A stretch of 59,090 bases of DNA from Patescibacteria group bacterium (GTDB lineage Bacteria > Patescibacteriota > Patescibacteriia > Patescibacteriales > GWC2-42-12): positions 1 through 59,090 of the forward strand of contig JBAZRI010000006.1 of the NCBI GenBank assembly GCA_041662965.1, read 5' to 3'. The translations under genes were made by a program, and so were the position numbers. The notes beneath the pieces are model-generated. The model made no database searches. It was not told the origin of the DNA and saw only the letters and a list, made by a program, of their open reading frames with translations. Positions 1 through 8,817 of the stretch are shown here, one piece after another. The first letter of the stretch is position 1. Every line of letters starts with the position of its first letter.

Positions 1-271
1 TCAAATCAATATTGGCCGCGTTGACGTAAACCGTGCGGCCGTCGCGGATAGCTTCATAGCCGTCAACGATTAGAGACTGGGGCGAACCTTGGAGCTTCAG
101 ATTCTTTTTGTACCAGGTTAGAGGAGAGAAATGCCCCGGGTTGGGTAAAACGCGCAGGGCGATGGCGTCGGGAGAAAGGGGGGCGGCGAAGGTAAAATGA
201 GATAATAAAAAAACCGCTGTTAAAAATATTATCACGATAAATATTTTTTTAGCCGATTTATTAAATCTCAT
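1..271 (-). CDS. hypothetical secreted/membrane-anchored protein, truncated by window edge
   Basis: Hand translation: ATG at 271-269 on minus strand gives MRFNKSAKKIFIVIIFLTAVFLLSHFTFAAPLSPD..., open to position 1. Signal-like hydrophobic N-terminus. Absent from ORF track because there is no stop in the window. Confidence 0.4.
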   Translation of the reverse strand, partial: MRFNKSAKKIFIVIIFLTAVFLLSHFTFAAPLSPDAIALRVLPNPGHFSPLTWYKKNLKLQGSPQSLIVDGYEAIRDGRTVYVNAANIDL

Positions 272-279
272 ATAAAATT

Positions 280-1134
280 TTATTTTTGGCAGCGATCGCA
301 CCAATGGGTGCCTCGGCCGCCGAGTTTCATCTTTCTGACAATGCCGCCGCAATTTCTGCATTTCTCCCCTGCCCGGCCGTAAACTTGCAAATATTTTACA
401 AAATTTCCGGCTTGCCCTCGAGCATCTACGTAATCGTTAAATGAAGTGCCGCGATATTTTATGGCATAGCGCAATATTTTAGGAATCATCAGCCATAACT
501 TTTTTATTTCATCTGGCCTTAAAGTTTCCACCCGCCTAACAGGCTTAAGGCGCGCGGCGAAAAGAGCTTCATCGGCGTAAATATTGCCTATACCGGCGAT
601 ATATTTTTGGTCCAGCAAAAATTGTTTAATCGTGGTTTTTCGCTTATGGGTTAAAACTTGTTTAAAATATTTTAAAGTAAATTTCGGGCTTAACGGCTCT
701 ACTCCCAAACTCCGGCCAATGCTTTTTAATTCACCCAAGGAAACTAATTTTATCCAGCCAAATCTCCTGACATCGTTAAAATACAAAGCGCTTTTATCGT
801 TAAATCTAAAAATAACCCTGGTAAATTTATTAGGCAGCTCTTGAGCTTGATTTAAAATCGGGTGGCCGCCGGCGATTATTTTGGTTTTTATTTTATATAC
901 CAGCTGGCCGGTCATTTTAAGGTGGACTATTAAGCTTAACTCGCCCAAATCAATAATTATCATCTTGGCCCGGCGCTTAACCGCTTTGATTTTTTTGCCA
1001 ACCGCCTCCTTGATTTTTCCGCCGGACAGCTGAAAAACTTTATGATCAAGCGATTCAATACCGATAATTTTTTTATTTTTAAGTCCCCTGTTTAAATCGC
1101 GGACGATAGTTTCTACTTCCGGCAGCTCGGGCAT
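280..1134 (-). CDS. fpg: formamidopyrimidine-DNA glycosylase (Fpg/MutM)
   Basis: N-terminal MPELPEVE catalytic motif and C-terminal CxxC...CxxC zinc finger (CRNCGG...CDRCQ); length typical of the family. Confidence 0.9.
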   Translation of the reverse strand: MPELPEVETIVRDLNRGLKNKKIIGIESLDHKVFQLSGGKIKEAVGKKIKAVKRRAKMIIIDLGELSLIVHLKMTGQLVYKIKTKIIAGGHPILNQAQELPNKFTRVIFRFNDKSALYFNDVRRFGWIKLVSLGELKSIGRSLGVEPLSPKFTLKYFKQVLTHKRKTTIKQFLLDQKYIAGIGNIYADEALFAARLKPVRRVETLRPDEIKKLWLMIPKILRYAIKYRGTSFNDYVDARGQAGNFVKYLQVYGRAGEKCRNCGGIVRKMKLGGRGTHWCDRCQK

Positions 1135-1140
1135 AATTTT

Positions 1141-1335
1141 TAAATTTCTAATTACTCTAATTACTAATTAATCTAATTAAACCCCAATGTCCAAGCGCTA
1201 ATGTCCAATAAAATCTTAAGCCCCAAATCCTAATTTATTTTTTGGGATTTAAAATTTGGAATTTTTTTGGTCATTGGGTATTGGGATTTAGTCATTTATT
1301 AGAAATTAGATATTAGGAATTATAAATTATTAATT
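1141..1335. repeat. AT-rich long imperfect palindrome (ctaatt / ccaatg word family)
   Basis: Left arm ...atctaattaaaccccaatgtccaa... faces right arm ...ttggtcattgggtattggg...attagaaattag. Shares the string atctaattaaaccccaa with the element at 32012-32150. Confidence 0.6.
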
Positions 1336-1339
1336 TTGT

Positions 1340-1909
1340 TTACATAATGATCTCTCCTTCACAATTGTTCTTATCTATCCCGGCGGCGTTGGCTTCATCC
1401 GTATCAATATGCATGGCCAGCTTAAAATCCGGGCTGACTCTGACTAAAACATTTTCAAAAAGTAAATCACGTTCGCCGCTCGTGTCAACTTTAACGCGGT
1501 CATAATTTTTTACTCCAATTTCAGCGGCGGTCGCCGGATCAATATGGATATGCCTTAAAGCTAAAATCAAGCCCTGCTTTAATTCAAGCTGGCCGCGCGG
1601 ACCGATAACTTTAATGCCAGATGTTCCGACTAAATTACCCGAATCTCTAATCGGCGGCTCTAAGCCGAGCGCTTTAGCATCAGTTTCCGATACCTCTATT
1701 TGCGTTTCTTTGCGGCAGGGGCCAAGAATTCTGACTTTTTCTATCTCCCCTCTCGGGCCGATAAGCTTAACGGTTTCATTGGCCGCGAACTGCCCGGGCT
1801 GGGATAAATCTTTATATTTTGACAAGGCAAAGCCGGCGCCGAATAAAACGGCCGTATCTTCGCATGATAAATGAATGTGGCGAGCCGATATTTCAATAGG
1901 TACTTTCAT
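1340..1909 (-). CDS. pduL: phosphate propanoyl/acetyl-transferase PduL
   Basis: Two PduL-type repeats: VPIEISARHIHLS... and ALRHIHID...; DLSQPGQFAANETV motif. Confidence 0.85.
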   Translation of the reverse strand: MKVPIEISARHIHLSCEDTAVLFGAGFALSKYKDLSQPGQFAANETVKLIGPRGEIEKVRILGPCRKETQIEVSETDAKALGLEPPIRDSGNLVGTSGIKVIGPRGQLELKQGLILALRHIHIDPATAAEIGVKNYDRVKVDTSGERDLLFENVLVRVSPDFKLAMHIDTDEANAAGIDKNNCEGEIIM

Positions 1910-1923
1910 AATAATGCTATTGG

Positions 1924-2904
1924 TTAAAGGTCTTTTTTGCTTAATAAGCCGTTTTGCGCCCCGGGGATGCTAACTACCGAAGCGGCGTTTCTTGAAGCTA
2001 AATGCAAGGCTTTTTTTATGTCTTGCTTATATAATTCCAGTCCGGCGATAAAAGCCGAACCGAAAGAATCGCCCACTCCAGTGGTATCGGCGCGCTGTTT
2101 TTCTTTTATGATCGGCTGATGATAAATTTTATTTTCGCAAATCGCGTCGGCGCCGTCCCGTCCGCCGGTGATAACAACGATTTTAGGGCCGTAAGAACTT
2201 AGAGCCAAGAGCAAATTTTTTACATTATTTAAAAAGGCGCGGCTCTTAGTTTTATATTTTTTATCTGACATGACTAATTCTATGGCTTCGTCTTTATTAA
2301 CAATCAAGCAGGTTGTATTTTTAAAATATTTCCCGATGCCAGAGAGGCCGGTTAAAATCTGCCTATGTCCCGGGTTCCAGGCAATCTTTTCATTTTTCAC
2401 GGAGAAAATCTTTTCTAAATTTCTTTTCCATTCCCCGGATAAAGAGGTTAAATATATCCACTCGCTTTGATATAGAGTCTCAACTTCAAAATTATTAATG
2501 GTTAATTCGCTGTTGGCCGCGCGATTGGAAAAAACAATATGCTCGTTAGTCGGCCCGACCAATAAAAAAGAAAAGCCGGTCTCAATTTTTTTAACTTTTT
2601 GCACTAAAGTTATGTCAACGCCATGGGCTTGAAAATTATTTAAAATTCTTTGGCCGCGGGCGTCTTCGCCGATGGCCGAGAGGCAAGCCGCCTTAAAGCC
2701 GAAGCCGGACAAACAAACCGCGGCGTTAGCCGCGCCGCCGCCGAAACTGGAAAAAGACTTATCAACCTTAATTTTGGCGCCATATTCAAAAGCCAATAAT
2801 TTCTGCCGGGTCAAATCTTTCTTGTTGTTGATTAAAATACCTTCGCTGGTATAAAAAGTAATGTCCTCGGTCGCCCCGCCTATGGTTATAACATCGTATT
2901 TCAT
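1924..2904 (-). CDS. PfkB-family carbohydrate kinase
   Basis: Ribokinase-like signatures: GGAANAA near the N-terminus and DTTGVGDSFGSAF near the C-terminus. Confidence 0.8.
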   Translation of the reverse strand: MKYDVITIGGATEDITFYTSEGILINNKKDLTRQKLLAFEYGAKIKVDKSFSSFGGGAANAAVCLSGFGFKAACLSAIGEDARGQRILNNFQAHGVDITLVQKVKKIETGFSFLLVGPTNEHIVFSNRAANSELTINNFEVETLYQSEWIYLTSLSGEWKRNLEKIFSVKNEKIAWNPGHRQILTGLSGIGKYFKNTTCLIVNKDEAIELVMSDKKYKTKSRAFLNNVKNLLLALSSYGPKIVVITGGRDGADAICENKIYHQPIIKEKQRADTTGVGDSFGSAFIAGLELYKQDIKKALHLASRNAASVVSIPGAQNGLLSKKDL

Positions 2905-2945
2905 AGAAAAATTGTTAGTATTAATATATTTATATTATAACATAT

Positions 2946-2969
2946 AAAAACCCCCTTTAACAAAGGGGG
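2946..2969 (-). terminator. intrinsic terminator hairpin after galU
   Basis: ccccctttaacaaaggggg stem-loop, followed on the minus strand by a T-run. The same palindrome word recurs in frame at 5421-5439. Confidence 0.55.
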
Positions 2970-2991
2970 TAAATATAATTTAAGGATCGCA

Positions 2992-3858
2992 TTATTTCTT
3001 TAATAACTCTTTAGTAAATTTCTTTATCTCCGGGCCGATATCATCGCGGTCAAAAGCGTATTTCAGCATGGTCTTCATGTAATTAAGCGGGTCGCCGGTG
3101 GTCAGCCATTCGCCGCCCTGCACTTTTTTAGCGTAAAATTTACCGCCTTGCTTAACATACTGCTTAATAGCGTCAACTATCCAAAGTTCGTTGCCCTTAC
3201 CCAAAGGCAAATTTTTTAAAACATCCACGACATCCTGGTTTAAAATCATGCGGCCGAAATCGGCCAGGCGCGACGGCGCTTCTTTAACGCTCGGCTTTTC
3301 AACTATATCCTGAATCTGCATAGTGCCTTTTTTAACTTTAACGATGCCGTAGCGGACAACATCTTCTTTGCTCACTTCCTGCACGCCGATCATCAGATGG
3401 CCGGTTTTATTATAATCATCGGTCATCTGCTTGGCGAAAGGCACTTTTGATTTTACCAAATCATCGCCCCAAACGAACATAAACGGCTCGCCTTTGACAA
3501 GGCTGGCCGCGGATAAAACCGGCGTGCCGTTGCCGTACGGTCCTTTTTGCCTGACATAAATAAAATTGGCGAGGTTAGCTATTTTTTTTACCTCTTCCAT
3601 TAATTTATCTTTGCCGGCTTTTTTTAAATCATCAATCAGCGCCCAATTATAATCAAAATGGTCTTCCAAAGGCTTTTTATCCCATTTAGTGACTAAAATT
3701 ATATCCTCAATCCCGGCCGCCACTAATTCTTCAACCACTAACTGGATAATCGGCTTATCAACGATCGGCAGCATTTCTTTAGGCATGGCTTTAGTCGCCG
3801 GTAAGAGCCTAGTGCCCGAGCCGGCCACGGCCACGATAGCTTTTTTTATTTTTTGCAT
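2992..3858 (-). CDS. galU: UTP--glucose-1-phosphate uridylyltransferase
   Basis: N-terminal AVAGSGTRLLPATKAMPKEMLPIVDKP nucleotidyltransferase motif; length about 288 aa. Confidence 0.9.
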   Translation of the reverse strand: MQKIKKAIVAVAGSGTRLLPATKAMPKEMLPIVDKPIIQLVVEELVAAGIEDIILVTKWDKKPLEDHFDYNWALIDDLKKAGKDKLMEEVKKIANLANFIYVRQKGPYGNGTPVLSAASLVKGEPFMFVWGDDLVKSKVPFAKQMTDDYNKTGHLMIGVQEVSKEDVVRYGIVKVKKGTMQIQDIVEKPSVKEAPSRLADFGRMILNQDVVDVLKNLPLGKGNELWIVDAIKQYVKQGGKFYAKKVQGGEWLTTGDPLNYMKTMLKYAFDRDDIGPEIKKFTKELLKK

Positions 3859-3910
3859 AATATTAATTTATAATCAAAATATTTTTATCCCGCTAGCCGG
3901 AAAAAAGTTT

Positions 3911-4699
3911 TTAACTTATCCCCCATTTTTTTAAATATTTAAGCCAGGAAATTATATGATGCCAGGCAGTTAGGCTGGTAAAAAATTTATACCAGGCGAC
4001 GCGCGCGCTTTGCCGGGCATGATTATGGATAATCATGGCTTGCGGATTATAGACGACTTTCCAGCCGGCCTGCCAAAAACGCTTGCATAAATCAGTGTCC
4101 TCAAAATAAAGAAAAAACTTTTCATCGTACAGTCCGATTTGCCTAAAGGCCGAAGCGCGGCAGAACAAAAATGAGCCTAAAAGCCAATCCACTTCGCGCA
4201 GGCTGTCTTTATTATAATCCTTATATAAAAATCTGTCTAAATCTTTTTTGCCAAGTCCAATTTTCCCTAAAGGGGTGCGCCTGAAAAGCGGCGTCATTAA
4301 TCCGGGCCAGCGAAAGCAAGAAGCCTGGATAGTCTTATCAAGGTTAAATTGCTTAGGCCCAACTACACCGGCTCCGGGATTATTTTCCAGGTAATTAAAC
4401 AGCTTTAAAAAAACATCTTTGCCGGCCAAAGTATCCGGATTCATAATCACGATATACTTCCCTTGGGCGATCCTCGCGCCTTTATTATTAGCCGCGCCCA
4501 AGCCGATATTTTGGCCGTTCATGATAAATTTAATATCTCCGAATTGCTTTAAATCATCGCCTTTTAAATCGCCGGAATAATTATCTACGATTATAATTTC
4601 ATAAGCCAAGCCGGGCCAATCAGCTTGCCTGATAGACCGGACGCAGTTCAGAGTTAAATCTTTGGACTTATAATTTACTATAACGATGCTGATATCCAT
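3911..4699 (-). CDS. glycosyltransferase family 2
   Basis: ISIVIVNYKS start, DN/DxD region, GT-A fold pattern. Confidence 0.8.
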   Translation of the reverse strand: MDISIVIVNYKSKDLTLNCVRSIRQADWPGLAYEIIIVDNYSGDLKGDDLKQFGDIKFIMNGQNIGLGAANNKGARIAQGKYIVIMNPDTLAGKDVFLKLFNYLENNPGAGVVGPKQFNLDKTIQASCFRWPGLMTPLFRRTPLGKIGLGKKDLDRFLYKDYNKDSLREVDWLLGSFLFCRASAFRQIGLYDEKFFLYFEDTDLCKRFWQAGWKVVYNPQAMIIHNHARQSARVAWYKFFTSLTAWHHIISWLKYLKKWGIS

Positions 4700-4708
4700 A
4701 ATAAAAAA

Positions 4709-5797
4709 TTACCACGCAATTAAAAACCTTACTGCCCGCCAATATATATTAAAAACCACGTTGGAAATCTCCAGCTGCTTGCTGTTAATCTCTTGATACC
4801 AGATCCTGCCGGAAAATAATTTTACTATATCTTTGTCTTTAACTTGCCTTAATTTTTGAACCCGTTCGCGGGCTTGCCTGATATAGCGCCAATTTTTTAA
4901 GCTTAAAAAATATTTGTAAACCCCGAGCTTTTCCTTAAACCAGCCTTTGCGCGCGGCAAAAAATAATAAGCCGAGTTCCATGGCAACCAGCGCGGGAAAA
5001 ATCAATATTAAAGTAAATAAATGATAATTTTTCAGCATGGCGATAAGGCGATTGCGGTCCATCCAATAATATTTTTTAATGCTGCGGGAAAACTCGTATT
5101 TATGGTAAACCACGGCTTCGCGCGCCAAAATACACTTAAAGCCGGCCAGCCATAGCCGCCAGCCCAGATCCTGATCTTCATTATACATCCAAAATTCCTC
5201 ATCAAACAAGCCGACTTTTTCTAAGGCCTCGCGCTTAAATAAAACCGCCGCGCCGGACGGGTAGCAAATTTCATTTGTCATTTGGTCTTTTTTATCCGCC
5301 ATTTCTTCTCCATAGCCTTGGCTATACCCGAAACCCAAAAAATGCGTAATATTGCCTAAGCTGTTTATTTTATTTTTATCGCTATAAAGCATTAATCTCG
5401 CCTGCACCGCGCCGATTTTACCCCCTTTAGCAAAGGGGGCTAGAGGGATTCTATTTTCTTCTGCTTCTCGCACCATCTTCCCGACGCAATCCGCCTCTAA
5501 AACCGTATCCATATTGAATAAAATCACGTAGTCAAATCCCCGCTCTAGCGCTAATTTCATGCAATCATTATTCCCTTTGGCAAACCCGCCATTATTTTTA
5601 TTTCTGATTATTTCCGCTTCCGGCGCCGCTCGCTTTAAAAAATCATAGCTTTCTTCCGTGCTTTCATTGTCAGTTATAAAAATTTTCATTTCGCCAGCGT
5701 AAGCCTGCTTTTTTATGCTAGCGGCACATTCCGCCAAATATTTTTCGGCGTAATCTTTATAATTCGGACTGATTATTATGGCAACTTTTTTATTCAT
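4709..5797 (-). CDS. glycosyltransferase family 2 with C-terminal membrane segment
   Basis: GT2 N-terminal pattern (VAIIISPNY...ITDNEST), NEDQDLGWR motif, hydrophobic C-terminal helix. Confidence 0.8.
   Translation of the reverse strand: MNKKVAIIISPNYKDYAEKYLAECAASIKKQAYAGEMKIFITDNESTEESYDFLKRAAPEAEIIRNKNNGGFAKGNNDCMKLALERGFDYVILFNMDTVLEADCVGKMVREAEENRIPLAPFAKGGKIGAVQARLMLYSDKNKINSLGNITHFLGFGYSQGYGEEMADKKDQMTNEICYPSGAAVLFKREALEKVGLFDEEFWMYNEDQDLGWRLWLAGFKCILAREAVVYHKYEFSRSIKKYYWMDRNRLIAMLKNYHLFTLILIFPALVAMELGLLFFAARKGWFKEKLGVYKYFLSLKNWRYIRQARERVQKLRQVKDKDIVKLFSGRIWYQEINSKQLEISNVVFNIYWRAVRFLIAW
5421..5439. repeat. in-frame copy of ccccctttaNcaaaggggg palindrome inside the GT2 gene
   Basis: ccccctttagcaaaggggg encodes ...APFAKGG... 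in the 4709-5797 protein; near-identical palindrome at 2951-2969 is intergenic. Confidence 0.6.
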
Positions 5798-5829
5798 AAG
5801 TTAAAATTGTCATCGCGAGCCGCGCTGAT

Positions 5830-6681
5830 TTATTCCAGCGGACTTACTATCTCTCTTAATTTATTATTCGCCACTTTGGTATAGATCTGCGTGGTTTCCA
5901 GCCGCGCGTGGCCCAATAGCTCCTGTATATACCTTATATCAGTTCCGCTTTCAAGTAAATGAGTGGCGAAACTGTGGCGCAGGCTATGCGCGGATATATT
6001 GGGCTTTACTTTAGCCAAGCGCGCCGCCTCGCCCACTATTTTTTGAATTGTGCGCACGGTTAATTTTGTTCCGGCGGGCTGGCTTTCAAATAAAAAAGTC
6101 AGCGGCTGATATTCCAGTAAATATTTTTCAATATTTCTTAAAGTCTGATCGGAAACTATCGTTATCCTGTCTTTGGCGCCTTTGCCATGCCTGACCGTAA
6201 TAATCCTGCGGAAAAAATCAATATCATTGATTTTCAGATCAACCGCTTCGCTGACTCGGAGCCCTGAACCGAATAATATTTGGATCATCAATTTATGCTT
6301 AATATTATCCAAAACGTTTATCATCATTACTACTTCATTTTTACTAAGCACAACCGGAAGCTTTTTTTCGCTTTTTGGCCGCTTAATTCCGATTTTTGAA
6401 ATAAAAAAACTCCTTTGCAATACGCCTTCGTAATAAAATTTGAAAGAATTGATGGCTAAATTAACGGTTGATGATGATTTACCGAGATTAAACAAACAAT
6501 CAATATAATCCCGCAAGTCTTCGGAGTTTATCTCTCTCGGGCTTTTATTTGCAAATCTAAGCAATTCTTTGTTATAATAAAGATAAGCTTGAATAGTTTT
6601 CGGGCTGAAATTGCGTATCCTCATTTCCCGAGCTAAATTAAACATCGGATCCTTGCTTGGATATTGATAATTTCCGTTCAT
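5830..6681 (-). CDS. tyrosine recombinase, IntI-like termini but Xer-sized (candidate cassette-array integrase)
   Basis: R...HxxR...Y catalytic set (GLRVSE, HSLRHSFATHLL, LGHARLETTQIYTKV). SAM-like N-domain (FSPKTIQAYLYYNKELLRF). C-terminal ...REIVSPLE resembles the IntI tail ...VRSPLD. The segment between GKGAKDR and HSLRH is only about 60 aa. Confidence 0.85.
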   Translation of the reverse strand: MNGNYQYPSKDPMFNLAREMRIRNFSPKTIQAYLYYNKELLRFANKSPREINSEDLRDYIDCLFNLGKSSSTVNLAINSFKFYYEGVLQRSFFISKIGIKRPKSEKKLPVVLSKNEVVMMINVLDNIKHKLMIQILFGSGLRVSEAVDLKINDIDFFRRIITVRHGKGAKDRITIVSDQTLRNIEKYLLEYQPLTFLFESQPAGTKLTVRTIQKIVGEAARLAKVKPNISAHSLRHSFATHLLESGTDIRYIQELLGHARLETTQIYTKVANNKLREIVSPLE

Positions 6682-6747
6682 AAACGGTTCTGGTTAGAAA
6701 TTTATATTATAATTTTAACTAATTTTAAATAATTAATCAACAAGTTC

Positions 6748-6767
6748 GCATATAACTAGTTATACGC
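6748..6767. other. attI-like core: near-perfect 20-bp palindrome ending in the first GTTATAC box
   Basis: gcatataactagttatacgc (18/20 self-complementary), readable as 7-bp inverted arms around ACTAGT. Lies 67 bp from the recombinase start, at the left boundary of cassette 1. Confidence 0.45.
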
Positions 6768-6874
6768 CATTTTGAAAAGCCCCCTTTATTTTTTTAATAA
6801 TTTTGGCAATTCTTTTTGGGGTCGAAGTATAACTGGAATTTATAGATAAGTATTAATAAATTAATATTAAAATT

Positions 6875-7321
6875 ATGAAAGAACCAACAATGCCAGGGAT
6901 GGAAAATAAAGGAGAGAAAAAATCCTGGGAAGATTTATCAAAAGTAGAAAAAACAGCTGAAGGTTATAAAGCTAACAGTAGATTTATTAGATATGAAATC
7001 TTAAAACAGTTAGGAGAGCAAATGGTAAATATGGCTGAAACATTTAAAGATGAAAGAACCTCAATGGACGAGAAGGCTAATGGATTGCATATAACTGACA
7101 GAGTACATGTTCAAATTCCAATGGATGAAAAATATTCTCTTGGAAATAATTTTAGTTTAAAAGAATTTGAATCTTTCGATCTAAATTTACCTGAAAGATT
7201 TATTAAGTTTATTGAAAGCGGACAATTAGACGAAATTGGATTCGAAAACGAGGCTGGTTACAAGGTTAGCGCTACCCTAGAAGGTGATAATTTAATTATA
7301 AAAAATGAAGGAGCTTTCTAA
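6875..7321 (+). CDS. hypothetical protein (cassette 1)
   Basis: 148-aa ORF with no motif I recognise; acidic, no TM segment; flanked by the 54-nt inverted repeat 6759-6812 / 7325-7378. Confidence 0.55.
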   Translation: MKEPTMPGMENKGEKKSWEDLSKVEKTAEGYKANSRFIRYEILKQLGEQMVNMAETFKDERTSMDEKANGLHITDRVHVQIPMDEKYSLGNNFSLKEFESFDLNLPERFIKFIESGQLDEIGFENEAGYKVSATLEGDNLIIKNEGAF

Positions 7322-7371
7322 AATGAATTGCCAAAATTAAATACACTAATGTAGGGGCTTTTCAAAACAGC

Positions 7372-7568
7372 GCATAACAACGCATATCTGGCTACGGGAA
7401 AATCACTCAAATATATTCAAAGGATGTGATTTTCCCTCCGCCCAAATTTTCATCCCTTAGTTTCGATGAAGATTTAGGTGGAGATAATTAAACAAAGCAT
7501 TTTCTGAAATCAAAGGTTCATCCTGTTAAATCGGGATGAAAACTTCAGATGATGCGTGAACGTTAGAC
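7372..7568 (+). other. attC-like site 1 (long, about 197 bp)
   Basis: R'' GCATAAC, 2-nt spacer, cgcatatctg ... cagatgatgcg, 5-nt spacer (tgaac), R' GTTAGAC. The interior holds three local hairpins (gggaaaatcac/gtgattttccc; ttcatc/gatgaa; tctgaa..ttcatcc/ggatgaa..ttcaga). Confidence 0.6.
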
Positions 7569-7604
7569 GAAATTTATTTTTAATTCCCTTTAATACTTAC
7601 GCTT

Positions 7605-8192
7605 ATGAAAATAGCAATCATATCAGACATTCACGACAACTTTCATAATATTATTCTGACCTTGAAAGATATTAAAAAGCGAAAGGTCGATCAAATTATT
7701 TTTCTTGGCGATTTTATCAATAACGGAATAGCCAAGGTTCTTGCGGAATCACCAATTCCAATTTTTGCCATTTGGGGAAATAATGATGGTGATAAAACAA
7801 TGATTACCAAAACATCGCTGAGTGAAAAAAGTAATTTAACCGTAAGTGAAAATATTTACGATTTTTTGGAGTTTGATAACAGAAAAATTTTTATAACCCA
7901 TTATCCAGATTTGGCTAAGCCAATGGCAAAAACTGGAATTTACGACGCAGTATTTTATGGGCATAATCATTTGAAAAACGAAGATAAAATCGGCGACTGT
8001 TTAGTAGTTAACCCTGGTGAGATATCTGCCCACAAAACTGGTGTGGCAACTTTTGTGATTTACGATACCAAGAAAAATAATATTGATTTCATTGAGTTGA
8101 AAAACTCCGTGACTTGGAAAACGAAAGTTGTCGATGAATATATAAAAACTTCCACGTTTAAATTTAGTAAGTCTAAACGCCACCAGTATTAA
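7605..8192 (+). CDS. YfcE/MJ0936-type metallophosphoesterase (cassette 2)
   Basis: MKIAIISDIHDN..., GDFINNG, WGNNDGD, GHNH motifs of calcineurin-like phosphoesterases. Confidence 0.8.
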   Translation: MKIAIISDIHDNFHNIILTLKDIKKRKVDQIIFLGDFINNGIAKVLAESPIPIFAIWGNNDGDKTMITKTSLSEKSNLTVSENIYDFLEFDNRKIFITHYPDLAKPMAKTGIYDAVFYGHNHLKNEDKIGDCLVVNPGEISAHKTGVATFVIYDTKKNNIDFIELKNSVTWKTKVVDEYIKTSTFKFSKSKRHQY

Positions 8193-8334
8193 AGGGAATT
8201 AAAAATAAACTCAAGGGGGGCGCTGCGCTTTTGCCCCGCTCATTATTAATAAATTCACATATAGGAAAGCGGGGCAAACCCTCGCCTAACAACGCGATAA
8301 GCGGAAAAGTCCTCAGCTCGGACTTTTCGCAAAT

Positions 8335-8363
8335 TTGACTTATTTTTTATTTAACAGTAAAAT
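8335..8363 (+). promoter_or_regulatory. sigma70-like promoter for hicBA
   Basis: TTGACT (8335-8340), 17 nt, TAAAAT (8358-8363), 21 nt upstream of the hicB ATG; overlaps the inner inverted repeat. Confidence 0.45.
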
Positions 8364-8384
8364 AACTGCATAAACTATAAAAAT

Positions 8385-8603
8385 ATGCGTAAAATAGACC
8401 TAAAATCAGTAGTTTGGAAAGAGGGCAAACATTATGTTTCTCAATGTTTAGAAGTTGACGTTTCCAGCTTCGGAAAAACCAAAAAAGAAGCCTTAGCTAT
8501 GCTACAAGAAGCATTGCAATTATATTTTGAAGATATTCCTGTTCCAAAAATGGCTGAGGTAAAAAATCCGATTATCGCTTCGGTTAAGCTTCAATATGCC
8601 TAA
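8385..8603 (+). CDS. hicB: HicB-family antitoxin
   Basis: 72 aa. The WKEGKHYVSQCLEVDVSSFGKTKKEALAMLQEALQLYFE pattern is typical of HicB/UPF0150. Overlaps the downstream toxin gene by 8 nt. Confidence 0.75.
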   Translation: MRKIDLKSVVWKEGKHYVSQCLEVDVSSFGKTKKEALAMLQEALQLYFEDIPVPKMAEVKNPIIASVKLQYA

Positions 8604-8817
8604 ACCTTATCCACTTCGACTCATACTGAAAGTCCTTCTTAACAAGGGCTTCTTTTTTGTTTCACAAAATGGCTCGCACGCTAAGTATCGTTGTCATCAC
8701 AACCCAGAATTAACCGTCATTATTCCAATGCACGGCAAAGAAGTGCTTTATGGCACTTTTAGGTCTATTTTACGCCAAGCAAAATTACAGCTTAGCGATT
8801 TTGATAATAAAAAATAA
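8596..8817 (+). CDS. hicA: HicA-family mRNA interferase toxin
   Basis: 73 aa; LLNKGFFFVSQNGSHAKYR...IIPMHGKEVLYGTFRSILRQA matches the HicA/YcfA pattern including the catalytic His region. Confidence 0.75.
   Translation: MPKPYPLRLILKVLLNKGFFFVSQNGSHAKYRCHHNPELTVIIPMHGKEVLYGTFRSILRQAKLQLSDFDNKK

Noticed and set aside
1340-1909. PduL as a marker of a bacterial microcompartment locus.
   Set aside because: No BMC shell (PduA/CcmK-type) or signature aldehyde dehydrogenase genes are nearby. It is more likely a stand-alone phosphotransacylase for acetate fermentation.
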